From Callorhinchus milii (Eukaryota), in the NCBI RefSeq assembly GCF_018977255.1, contig NW_024704743.1:23500001-23564000 (forward strand): a stretch of DNA of 64,000 bases. Direction: 5' to 3'. Below, piece by piece: positions 1-11,859 of the stretch. The notes beneath the pieces were generated by a model that had not been told where the DNA came from, did no database searches, and saw only the letters and a program-made list of their open reading frames with translations. The position numbers were made by a program, and so were the translations under genes. The first letter of the stretch is position 1. Every line of letters begins with the position of its first letter.

Positions 1-150
1 GACCATGCCATTGGTCACCCCCCTTCCCCTCCCCTCCCTCCTGCCTCCCTGACCCCAGCTCGGGTCTGAAATGCTGTACACTGTCCAGAGCCTTGGGATG
101 TTCTCCCAACGTGAAAGGCGCTATACAAGTGTAATCTTGCTGCTGTTGTT
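1..150 (+). mobile_element. L2 LINE 3' end (C-rich UTR, terminal hairpin, (TTG)n tail), followed by a SINE tail to ~262
   Basis: Close to the reverse complement of 13210-13370; ends GCCTTGGGATGTTCTCCCAACGTGAAAGGCGCTATACAAGTGTAATCTTG... Confidence 0.85.
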
Positions 151-1060
151 ATTTGCCCATAAAATACACAGTCACTCCACTTTACAGTATATCTTTTGAA
201 GTGTTTTGAGACATCCTCCTGACATGTAAGATGCTATATTACATGCAAGGATTATTATTTATTAGGCAAAATTGAACACATTTTGCATGCTTTCAATTTG
301 CCATTTTTTTTCTGATTTTCTTCTCTTAAGATTTCTGAATCTTTTTTCCTTATATTAGTATAAGGCATCACAGGCATTGGGCACCTTATGTTACCTCACT
401 CAAGTAACCATTGTTCACTTTTGATTCCTGCAGAAAGGGAATATCTCCTGCTGTCCTGGCCAGCAATTGTGGGCAACAATATCCAATAATTGGTCATTTG
501 CTTCATGGCTGTTTCTGGGCCATTGCTGTGCACAAATTGGTTGCAAAGATTTAACCAACTTTTTTTTAAAAGAATGCTAATTACAAGGCATTAATACACA
601 TGACAACAGATGCGACCGAACTCTTCTAACCCTTTGGAGAATTTTGCTCTGACTCAGGTAACCTGTCTTCCTTCAGAGTTTATTTTGCTTACAAATTGCA
701 TAGTTAAAAACTTTACAAACTATATTTGAGATGTCCTCCTAACATCTTCCTGCGTTAAATGCAAGGACTATTTATTTTCACAGTGAATGCTGGTAGACTA
801 TGGCAGCATAAAAACTGAGCATGAGTTTGTCCCCGCCTGTGCATTTAACCCTGAGCTATTAAACGCTCTGGGACGCTCATGAAGGATGCTATATAAATGC
901 AAGTTGTTGTTGCACTTACCAGCAGGATCCCTAGTCAGCTATCTGAAATAGGAACCTCAGCTTTCCCAGGCCAGTTGTTATGCTTCATCTACTGCCTTAG
1001 CTGAGATCCACTAATAGCTCAGTCAGTGTTTTGAATCTGGGATATTCTGCTTTGAAGGGG

Positions 1061-1367
1061 ATAATAATAATAATAATCCTTACATTTTATACATGTCTTC
1101 TAACATCTCAAAGCACTTCAAAGAATATACTGTAAAGTGAATTGACTATATATTTGTGGGCAAAACGCAGCAGCCAATTGCACACAGCAGTGTCCTACAA
1201 ACAGCCGTAGATTGAAGTGACCAATATTGTTGTTGTTTTTTTTCTTGAGGGATTATTATCAGGCGTGTGGAGTAAGGAATCCTGCCCAAGGTTTTGCCCT
1301 GCCAGGAATTGAACCCGGGTCGCTCGCTTGCAAGGCGAGTGCTCTAACCAGTGAGCTACAGGACTCC
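1061..1367 (-). mobile_element. tRNA-Ala-derived SINE, short subtype, full length
   Basis: Head GGAGTCCTGTAGCTCACTGGTTAGAGCACTCGC with Pol III A and B boxes, body GCTGTGTGCAATTGGCTGC, (TTA)n tail. Confidence 0.9.
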
Positions 1368-1389
1368 CTAAATAGAAATAGTGATGTGT

Positions 1390-1600
1390 AGGGCGGTGCT
1401 TTTGGCCATAAAACGATTGGGAGAGCTTCCAAGTTTTATAGTCTGTTATTAATTCTCAGCTTTACTCAGGGAAATGTTCAAAGCTATTCACCAGAACAGA
1501 GGAACATTAGTGTAAAGGACCGATCAGAGGCTTGGTTTTGTTGCGTTATCACCATTCTGGTCAAGCAAGATAGGAGATGACGATATATAAAACAGCCTTG
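1390..1600 (+). promoter_or_regulatory. possible Pol II promoter-like motif set
   Basis: GGGCGG 1391, ATTGG 1416, AGATAG 1568, TGACG 1578, TATATAAAA 1584-1592; motif evidence only. Confidence 0.2.
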
Positions 1601-2087
1601 CCTTGTCAAGAGCAGCCTGAAATGTTCCGAAGGCTTGTGAGCTGCTGCTTATAATTTCCCCAGTGGAGGTTCTTTATTATATTACGAGTGTAACCAAGCC
1701 AGGTTTTCAGCTTAGGAGCATTCCGTGCGCAATGAATGTTTGAAGCTTTGGTAGGCATCCAACAGCTAGGTTAGTGGGGGAAAAAGCAAATTGATGCTGA
1801 GAATTCAACCACTTTAAATGGTGGACATAGCCATGCTTCAAAGCCAACATTTTTACCAAGTAGACTGACAGAAGCCTTAAAGCTGTAACAGCCATACACA
1901 TTTACCAGACTTCTTTCTGTGTTGTAATAATTATATAATAACCTTGCATTTGATATAGTGCCTTATCAAGTTGTTGAGATGTCTCAAAGTGCTTCACAAA
2001 ATATATTGTAAAGTGGATTGTCTGTGCATTTTGGGTGTGAAACGTTGTCCTTGATATAGTTTTAATTTTGTTGGAAGCCTTTTTTGT

Positions 2088-2409
2088 GGAGTCCTGTAGC
2101 TCAGTGGTTAGAGCACTCGCTTTGCAAGTGAGAGACCTGAGTTCAATTCCAGGCAGGTCAGGGCAAAACCTTGGGTAAGTTTCCTTACTCCACACGCCTA
2201 ATAATAATCCCTCCAAAAAAACAAAACAATAATAAAAATTGGTCATTTTCAATCCACGACTGTTTGTGGGACATTGCTGTGTGCAAATGGCTGCCGCGTT
2301 CGCCCACCAATTCACTTTACAGTATATTCTGTGAAGCGCTTTGGGACGTCTAGAAGACGTGAAAAGCGCTATATCAAATGCAAGTATTATTATTATTATT
2401 ATTATTATT
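2088..2409 (+). mobile_element. tRNA-Ala-derived SINE, short subtype, full length
   Basis: A box TAGCTCAGTGG, anticodon arm CTCGC-TTTGCAA-GTGAG, B box GAGTTCAATTCC, tail AGCGCTTTGGGACGTCTAGAAGACGTGAAAAGCGCT, (TTA)n. Confidence 0.93.
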
Positions 2410-2423
2410 CACTTTGTCTTATA

Positions 2424-2467
2424 TTTCCTATCAGGTAAACACATACCTGTGTTTACCTGATAGGAAA
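2424..2467. repeat. perfect 20-bp inverted repeat, 4-nt loop
   Basis: TTTCCTATCAGGTAAACACA-tacc-TGTGTTTACCTGATAGGAAA. Confidence 0.95.
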
Positions 2468-3429
2468 AAACATACATATAAAGCATATATGTATGTGTTC
2501 AGATTCTGATTAACTGAACAGTTATGTTTGCGAGCACCTAAGGCTGAAATTATTAACCTACTTGCCTCTAACACCATATTTTAATTAGTTGGCAAGTGGG
2601 TGGTTTGTTAAACCCCAAGACGTCTGTTTAACGTTGCCAACACAATAGTATGTAATCACTTTGGCAAGCCAACAGGAGCTTTGTTTTGGAATAATTGATT
2701 ATACAATATAAAAACACTTTTAGTCCACACCAGATTCTAGCACATTCTTAACCCTATCCATTAGCTTTAGGACAAATTCTAGGTTAGGTTTTAATACCGT
2801 ATTTAAAGGAATTGGGCTGGGCCTGCACAGACTAGATTGCTTAGGCTAGACTTGTAAAGTCTATATATTATGTAGATTGGCTGGATATAGTCTATGGAAT
2901 GTATATTGAACCTGTGTATGTTATATGAAGTGTCGTCAAGACCAGAGGAATATTCATCTGCTCCTAAGATGTGGTTATTTATGGTGTTCAGCCTGGTTCT
3001 GCACATTGTTCCTGCCTGTCATTTTTGGGCAATTAAAAACAAATTAGATTTTAGAAAAAGTTCTCAGCAATTTTCTTCCTAGGTTTCTATTATAACCCTA
3101 ATATTAAACAACCAAGTAACCATTAGGAGGGACATCCTTCTGCTGTAGTGGAGTAAACAACAATGATGGTGCTGAAATTTTAGGACTATCTTTGGACTCA
3201 AACATCATATTCATATCAGGAGTGTGGGTGCCCCCGCTCCCCCACACACACACCTCAGCTCAATGGTTGGGCAGATTTGCAATTGTGGAGAGCCAAACCA
3301 TATTTTAATTAGATGACAAGTGTGTGGCTTGTTAAACCCCAAGACCTGGGTCTGTTTAATGTTGCTAACACGATAGTTGCCAAAGTCGGATAGCCGGGGC
3401 CTTCAATAACATCAACAAAAACAACCAAA

Positions 3430-3785
3430 TTGTGTATTTTGTGGGCGAAGCGCAGTAGCTAATTACGCACAGCAGTGTCCAGCAAACCGTCATCAATTGA
3501 GTGAACACATCATTTGTTTGTTTGTTTGTCTGTTTGTTTGTTTGTTTGTTTACTTACTTATTTATCTGTTTATTTGTTTATTTATTTATTTATTTATTAG
3601 TTAGCTAAGGGATTATTACGCCTGGAAAAGCGATTTGCCAATCGAATAACAAGGGGTACCCACTTACTGCTAGGCAAACATCCTTGCATTTGATATAGAA
3701 TCTTATCACATCATTATAATAACTCAAAGTGCTTCACACAATTTACTATAAAGTTGGTGACCAAGTATTTCTGGGCAAACATTGG
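3430..3785 (-). mobile_element. long-subtype SINE fragment with an internal (TTTG)n/(TTTA)n microsatellite, plus a second SINE tail
   Basis: Matches the SINE body and the long-subtype segment (GGAAAAGCGAT...CTTACTGCTAGG); microsatellite at 3513-3598. Confidence 0.8.
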
Positions 3786-5269
3786 AATTTAAGAAAAAAC
3801 TTTTGACTACTCTTGACTTCCTTATTTGTATTCAGATATACCTATATTAAAAAGCAATAGCCCCATTTAAAATCTTCATAGAAACCAGAATGATCAAGGC
3901 ATCAAAACCTCATTTTTAGCTTTGATGTGCTATAGCTATTACATAAGTCCCATTTAGATCAAGGTTGTCACGAACTGTACCAGGGGAGAGTGTACACTGC
4001 AGGAAGTGATATTATAGAGAAAATGGTTGTGAGGCTGATGGGTTGAAGTAATGTCAAAAAACAATTAAAAAAATGTTTTTGTTCCAAGAAAAGGAATTTG
4101 GCTTTGACATGTGCCCAGAGTGAATTTACTGACGGCTGTAATTCATAGATGAACTTACAAAAGAATACTCTTCAATTGTGAGAAAGAAGAGCTCAGTGCA
4201 TCCCTGGAGGACAGCTGAGTTTTGGAGATAAAAAGAAAACATAGAAATGCTAGAAATCTGAAATAAATAGTGAATACAATAGATGCATAGCAGGTCATTC
4301 TGCATCTGAAAGAGAGAAACTGGTTTGGGTGTGACACTTCATCCCTTCACCTCAAATGGTCTCCAAATTCATGGCTGCCTCTCCGAAATAATGGGTTAAA
4401 GTTTAAATGACTGTTACCAATGATAATTAATACAACAAATACTTTAAAAGGTCACAAAGTTTACCCACATCAGTGAATAGGGTTGGGCTTGCATTCTGGA
4501 GCACGCATTGCAACAACACTTCATTGGTCACAAAAATATTAATAACGCAGAAGTTCACCAGCAATATCCTTCAAAATCCTCACTCTAAATGCTTTGTAAT
4601 GTATGCTGATTGTTTTACATTATGTCCCAACACAATTCTTCATGTCAACGCTTATTGTGAAGCTGACTGGGTTGTTGTTCCGGAGATTAGAAAACATATT
4701 ACAGTATTTTCCATTGTTCAGTGTTTATTACCACAAGCGTTCTGGTGATCATCTCCAGAGATGATGGATCGTTTGAGACACCAATATCTTTTTGAAAGCC
4801 ATTGAGAGTCTCATTTCATTAACTTGAGTTTCTGCAACTATTTCGCAAGGATAAAGCTGAAATGAAGTTGTTTAGCTCAAGGTATCCTTTCTCCTCAACT
4901 AAAACTTACTTAGGACCTTGGGAATTAATATAATGTACAGATTTTTTTGCCCACAAAATATACAGTGAATTTACTTTACAGTATATTCTGTGAAACTTCT
5001 ATGTGAGACATCTCAACAACATGATAAGGCACTATATCAAATGCAAGGATTATTATTATTACAATACTGGAAAAAAACACTGTGGTATTTCTGATTGGTC
5101 TCAAAATGAGACAGTTAACCTACTATTGGCAAAGGAAAACATTTACCTCATCATAAATTGCATTTTTTACCAAATTTGTCATTTGCCCTTGAATTTTGAG
5201 GACCTGGTCTATTTCTGTTGTCTCTCTGACACGTTTTCCTTAGCTTTAGCATCCGCTGTGTAAAGTATT

Positions 5270-5760
5270 TAAATCTAAACCACTTTTCAACTCGTGCAAA
5301 ACTCTACAGCCCATATCCTCTCCTGCTTCAGGCACTGCATGCCCTTCTCTACCTCTGCGCTTCACAGAATATATTATAAAGTGTATGTTCTATGGGCAAA
5401 ACATGGCAGCCAGTTGTGCACAGCGGTGTCCCACAAACATCGTGGAATGAGTGACCACAATTTTAATTTTAAAAAATTATGGAATCTAGATGTTTGTTGT
5501 TTACTCCCTCTGGTTCATTATCTGTACCAAGACTGCAGCCATTCCTGCTTTCTGGAACTCTCCCTCAAAATCCCTATGCTTTTTACTTTTTCTCCCTGTC
5601 TTCCAAACATTCTGAAAAATATATCTCTTTAACCATGTCTTTAGTTAACATGCTTGAACTCCCTGTCCTCTCCTCTTTGTCCATGATTCCCCATTGCCAT
5701 TGTGAAATACTTTTGGACATTCATGGTGCTGGAAAGGCATGATGTAAGAGCTCGAGTCCA
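5270..5760 (+). mobile_element. degraded L2 3' fragment interrupted by a minus-strand SINE piece (~5355-5470)
   Basis: CAAAACTCTACAGCCCATATCCTC (QNSAARIL-like) and CTGGAACTCTCTCCCT (LWNSLP-like). Confidence 0.6.
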
Positions 5761-7435
5761 TGACCCTTGTTAGCTGTGGGCAGATTGTTAGCTGATAACG
5801 CAAGAGTAACCAGAATTGATTTATTGTTTTTTGCCTCCATTTCTGTGAGGAAGCGCCTCAGTTCATGTCGCAACCGTCAGCCGCAATGATCTTGGTTGTT
5901 ATTTCCTGGCCTGAAGCCACTTCTTGCCACACTGCATAGAGATTCCAAACAACCCAAATTCCAAGTCAAACGTGCAGCAACATTTCTATTTGTTCCCTTG
6001 AATCAGACAGAGTTGGCCTTCCCTCAAATTTCAGGCAAGTGTGAAGTTTGCTGAGCCACCACTCAGATATTCCACAGCTTTGGCATCACTGGCGACTGCT
6101 CCAACTGAACACTGTAGGAAATTCTTCATTGTCTGACACTGCTTGAGTCCTTTGATGTTGCCTTCAGTCCCTTGATTCCATTTGCGCCCGTGTAGAACTA
6201 ACCCATGTCTGAGTAAATGTTTTGTTTAACAGAGCTTGACATGAGCTTGTTTAATTACGCAATAGAAACAGAGTGAGGGTCGTACAGGTAATCAATGACT
6301 GGGGGTAATATGACCATGTAAGCAATAAACTCGATTACTGGTACATTTTTACCACAATTGCAAATGTGTCCTGCTTGGTCCTCTTGTGCTGCTGCCAGGA
6401 GAATTTGAGCACAATGTATCTCATAATTGTAATCGCTCAGTGATAGCAGTATTTCTGAAGATATACGGAAGATTATGGATCAAGTGTTGGACTTCTGAGG
6501 TGTCTCAGAGACTGTTCTTGACAGAAATCTGAGGGACGGCCCAGGAATGTTTTGGTTGAGATGACGCCACAGAAGAAAATAATTTTCTGGCAATTTGTTT
6601 TCAATGCACCAAGACTTTGCTGCTTAATCCTATCAGTGGACCAACTGTATGATGTAATTGTTCCTCCAATTAAACCTTTAACCAAAACAGTCAGTGAATC
6701 CCAGTCCTTGTCAAAAGACTGAAAGGAAAATATGTTTTGCTGGAGTTTCTAAATAATGTCAAATTAGCATGTGAAGACACATGCTTTTGTTTATTAGACT
6801 CTTGCCACAGACTGTTTTGGATGTTAGATTCATTATTACTATGTAAATAGAGAGACCTCTGCCATGCTTCATCAGGTGAATAATGTACACTAGTACATGA
6901 ATATAATTGGATATTCTACACTAACAATGTGTGTCTATCCAGAGAAACAGTGGGATCAAATCACAAACATTTAAAAAGATGCTAACAAGATGAGATTCTT
7001 TTACAAAAATGTGACCATCTTTGATTTCAGATCTTTCTGCCGTTATGACTGTGCCAATGCGGATCGCTAAAAGTAGCAATGTCTTTATGATGAGATAATC
7101 CCTTGCAAAATCATAGGAATAGGAGGAGACCATTTGATCTGGGAGGACACATCCTTTTCTTTTTAATGTCAAGGCAGCTCTTTTAATTCAATTTCTTCAC
7201 TTTTCTCCATATCCTTTAGTACACTTGACACCTAAACATCCATCTGTATTTCTTTTAAATGATTGATTCTGCATCTAAGGCTTTCTGGACATTGTATCCA
7301 CATTTTCACATCCCTCTGCGTGTGAAGAGTTGGTTTCACATTTAATGTAATGAAAGGTTGTTATTTTTAGAGGTTGACGTATGCTGATTTCCAGTTGCCA
7401 ATTTGAAGGGATATTGAGCTCTGATTTATTTTCAG

Positions 7436-7471
7436 GTTGAGGAAGGGGAGCTGATGACATTTCCAGAACTT
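7436..7471 (+). other. candidate 36-nt exon (VEEGELMTFPEL)
   Basis: Acceptor tttattttcag and donor gtaaga; one open frame; no partner exons or homology recognised. Confidence 0.2.
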
Positions 7472-7849
7472 GTAAGAAATAAAAATGTTTTATGTGCTTC
7501 TTGCACACCTAGAAGATGAGTATTGATATAGATTTCATGAATTCACACCCTTATGCTATTTGTAGATACTGTTTTTATCCGGCCAATGCACAGAACTGCA
7601 TGAAATTGCTTATACAATATATTCATTGTCCTCGAAGGCTGTATGAAAGCCGACAAACAGAAATAATAGTTTTGTTTTGAACTTTAATGGCCCAGGGTGG
7701 CCACATGAGAGAAAAAGAGGATACAGATCAGCGATTACTGCCCAAGTGCAATTTGCCTGGACAAATTGTTGCTTTAATATGCTAAAAGAGTTCATGGGAG
7801 GATGAGATACAATAAAATTTACATTCATATAACAACTTTCACATTGGGA

Positions 7850-8610
7850 GGATGTCTCAAAATGTTATAATAATAATAACTCTTGCATTAGATATTGTGC
7901 CATCAGGATATTTCAATGTAGGATTTTACAGTGAAGTCCAGAGAGCGTACATTTATGGGCTAATGCAGCAGCCATTTTGCACACAGCAGTGTTCTACAAA
8001 CAGCCATAAAGTTAGTTACCAATTTTTGTATTTATGGGATTGTTGACTGGATACTGGGAGAAACTCCCTTCTCTTTTTGAATAATGTGGTGGGATCTTCA
8101 ATAAGGATGATTATAGTAATAATAATAATAATCCTTTTGCATTTGATATAGCAAACGTCGGGAGGACATCCCAAAGCGCTTCACAGAACACACTGTAAAG
8201 TGAATTGAATGTATATTTGTGGGCAAACGCGGCAGCCAATTGCGCATAGCAATGTCCCACAAACAGTCGTAGATTGAAAATGACCAATTTAATTATTGTT
8301 TTTGGTTTTTGGAGGGATTATTATTAGGCGTGTGGAGTAAGGAAACTTGCCCAAGGTTTCGCCCTCTGCCTGGAATTGAACTCAGGTCTCTCACTTGCAA
8401 AGCGAGTGCTCTAACTACTGAGCTACAGGACTCCACAATTATTATTATTAGTAGTAGTATTATCTTTAATGTCCACCAGAACAAGCAGAGGGGGTTCAGT
8501 TTATTGCTTAATCTGAAATGTGTTGTTGAAAACAGCACCTTCAACAATGCAATGCTTCCCCAGCATTTCATTGAAGTGTCAATCTAGACTGTGAGTTCCA
8601 AGTCCTGGGA
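7850..8610 (-). mobile_element. old Deu-domain-type SINE split by a younger SINE insertion
   Basis: 7960-8100 and 8460-8610 are consecutive reverse-complement pieces of the 17043-17465 element. Confidence 0.65.
8117..8434 (-). mobile_element. tRNA-Ala-derived SINE, short subtype, young
   Basis: Nearly identical to 24718-25036 and 63345-63664. Confidence 0.93.
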
Positions 8611-8959
8611 GAATCAGATTTTGCAATTCCTTGTCATACAATAACCTAAGAATAATTATAAAACTAGAAAATGTACGTTAAAAGTAGACAGCGTTTTCCA
8701 GAAGTCGGGGGGATATTCAGTAGCTGGCAGTCTTTCAGAAATAAGGCTAAATTGCCATCATTTCATAATTTCTTTGATAATGAGAATTGCATGAAAGGCA
8801 TTATAAGACACCTTGCGATTAAAATGTAGTGATTGGCCATCGTGCTACAGAAGGAACAAAAGCCATGTGCACTATAGAATCTGAAGCAAGTTGACGAATG
8901 TACTGTGCAACTACCCTCCAAAGTGTGAGTAGGGTTAATGCCCCTTTGTTCAGCTGTCA

Positions 8960-9215
8960 CAGGCTGCTATGTGTGCCTCTGCCCTCCATGCCACCATGGG
9001 TGGAGTGGCTTCTGACACTATGCCCCTATCCTCTGGAACGCACCCTCTCAATCCCTTTTTATATGTCTTTAAATCTCATTTTTAGACCTACCTCTTCAAC
9101 CGTGTCAGGTCACCTCCCCCTTGCTCGGTCCCGAATCCCACCTCTGTGCAGTGCTCTGAGACACTATCCTGCGTGAAGGGCATTGTATAATTGTAAGCTA
9201 TTGTTTGTTGTTGTA
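8960..9215 (+). mobile_element. L2 3' fragment (TATCCT-loop lineage)
   Basis: CTCTGGAACGCACCCTC...CTCTGAGACACTATCCTGCGTGAAGGGCATTGTATAA...(TTG)n. Confidence 0.75.
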
Positions 9216-10039
9216 ATAAACGAAGGTCACTGATAAGCAGAAAGTGCTCAATGGGTGAGAGGATATAGCAGTGAGGAGTTCCTGAGTTGATGGAAAAAAA
9301 GGAAAATGTAAAAGATAAACTGCAACTGATATTAGATTGACTGCCTTAGAATTCCTTGGTGCAAGACTCGCTCTTTTGTGGACTATCACAATAAAATTGC
9401 TGTCCAGTGTTCAGGCACAGCTTCTATATTTATGGAGCTCCTAAAATGATGAACCAGAATCTATTTCTTCTGTCGTTTCCTGGAGGAGTCAATGATTTAT
9501 GCTTCCTGGTACAGGTGTCGGGTAGTATACATTTACTGCCTTGAGTTTCTTTATAACCCCTGCCCTGCTGATGTTTACATGTGCTGTAGAGTCTTGTGGT
9601 AAAATGATTTGATCTAGAATCGATCTATACACCTTCATTTGTGAAGACTGATGTGGAGAATTATGTTCACAGCTCTGTCATTTCCTGATCCGAGGAATGT
9701 TTCCACATCAACTATCTCTGCTAAAGCCTACCTGTTCTTGAATGTTCAATTATTCTGCACAGTTTAAGAATGTTTTGAACACCCCTTGCTGCTGTTATGT
9801 CTGCAATCTGCCTTTCTACCACTCTTTTGCCTCTTCTGACATTAATTCATTTGTCACTCACTCACTCGCTACTTTTTGATTCCTTGTATGTTTCATGTAC
9901 TCCATTTGTCCTTTGTTCTCTTTCTGATATATTTATTTGACGATTGATGTCGATGTTGCTCTATTTCTCCTGCTCGATATATGGACCTTTGCCCATAAGG
10001 TAAAGAGTCTCTCCACTTTACAGTAAATCTACAAACCTT

Positions 10040-10460
10040 CATTAAGAGAGCGTTTGCCTCACAAGCGAGAAACCTGGGTTCGATTCCCATCAGGGCAAAA
10101 TGCAAAACCTTACTCCACACCCCTCTGTTTACCGTGCAGTAAGTAGGAACCCGGTTGTTAGTCGATTGGCGGATCGCTTTACCAGGAGTAATAATTCCTT
10201 CAAAAAAATTAATATTAAATTGGTCACTCAATCCATGACTGTTTGTAGGACACTGTTGTGCGTGCAATTGACTGCTGCAAAAATATAAAATATACGTTAA
10301 TTCACTTTATATTCTGTGAAGCGCTTTGAGACACCTTTAAGACGTGATATGGGGCTATATCAAATGCAAGATTTATTATTATTATTTTTATATAAATCCT
10401 GTGAAACGCTTTGAGACATCCTCCTGATGTGAAAGACGCTATATGTAAGGATTATTATGA
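10040..10460 (+). mobile_element. tRNA-derived SINE, long subtype, with a second tail appended
   Basis: B box GGGTTCGATTCCC; long-subtype segment CTCTGTTTACCGTGCAGTAAGTAGGAACC...GGATCGCTTT. Confidence 0.85.
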
Positions 10461-10679
10461 ATAATTCCTTAAAATTGCTTTTAAATTTCTCTTTACATGA
10501 TCTCTAAACGATCCCTTTATGTGATCTTTAAGTGATCGCTTTCCTATCTCTTGGGCAATTGTTCATCCATTGTCGCCAATGTATCATTCCCCTTGGCTCT
10601 TGACTAACTTCTGTCTACACTCTAATGAATAAAAATTCCAGGGAGCATTACGTAGGACCATGCAGAATTGTGTGGGGAA

Positions 10680-11001
10680 ATAATAATAATAATAATAATC
10701 CTTGCATTTGATATAGTGCTTTTCACATCTTCTCGATGTCGCAAAGCGCTTCACAGAATAGACTGTAAAGCGAATTGACCGTATATTTGTGGGCGAAACG
10801 TGGCAGCCAATTGCGCACAGCAGTGTCCCACAAACAGTCGTGGATTGAAAATGACCAATTTATTATTGTTTTGATTTTTGGAGGGATTATTATTAGGCGT
10901 GTGGAGTAAGGAAACTTGCCCAAGGTTTCGTCCTGCCTGGAATTGAACCCAGGTGTCTCGTTTGCAAGCCGAGTGCTCCAACCACTGAGCTACAGGACTC
11001 C
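10680..11001 (-). mobile_element. tRNA-Ala-derived SINE, short subtype, full length
   Basis: Same head, body and tail as 2088-2409. Confidence 0.92.
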
Positions 11002-11373
11002 TACAGAAATCCCATTAGTGGCCAATATTATCAAAGACAATGTACATAATACTCACCATATTTTAACCCCATAAATTTTGTTCTGAAAGTAGCTGGAGCC
11101 ATTTTCCCATGAGAAGGGAGGAATTAAAGGTAATTTATAACACAGCTTCTCTGAGTTGGAGACTGAAAATACTGGACTTTAGGAACATCACAACTTTGTC
11201 ACATTGACACCAGCCATATTCTTTCACTAAAAAATGACAGACATTGTAATGGGCTCAGGAATATTTATTTGGTAATGCAAAATGGTCTTTCACAGTGCTG
11301 AAGGAAATGAATAAATCATTGCTTCAAGTCACACAATTTCTGACACATTAATAAATAAGATTCAGTTTCATAC

Positions 11374-11473
11374 CTCTTTGGATTTGAACCACACTTCATC
11401 ATACTGTCTAAATTTGCTCATGTCGACTACTGGATTAGTTACTCTGCCCAACCCTTGTGGGATTATCCAAAAT
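11374..11473 (-). other. candidate 100-nt exon (FWIIPQGLGRVTNPVVDMSKFRQYDEVWFKSKE)
   Basis: Acceptor ttttacaccactttcag, donor GAG|gtatga, single open frame; product not recognised. Confidence 0.3.
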
Positions 11474-11859
11474 CTGAAAGTGGTGTAAAACCATGCAATC
11501 TTGATCATTGATAGAAAAAGATGGCTATATAGTGCAGAATGGACTTTACTTTGACAATTGAATATAAGGTCCACAGGAAGAAGGAACTAAGGTATGAATT
11601 TGTGGTATTCTTAACACAATTTCTTAATTAAAAAATCCACAGGTAAATGACCCAGACTTGGGAATGCCACTCCACCTTAAGCTATTTCTTATCAAAGAGA
11701 CCTTTTAAGAAATACCACGAATTACAATTCCACACATTCTCCTGTGAGGAGACTAATTGTCTGCCATGTTCTCGGCATCACACCCCTATCAAAGTCATGC
11801 ACACCCCTGATGTGGTATTCCTCTAACTATTATTTTGTTGCCATCTCTTCCTAACCTCA

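Noticed and set aside
2088..2160. tRNA gene calls at SINE heads
   Set aside because: No acceptor-stem 3' half or CCA; always fused to the SINE body.
2969..3082. Signal-peptide-like MWLFMVFSLVLHIVPAC
   Set aside because: Early stop with no usable donor.
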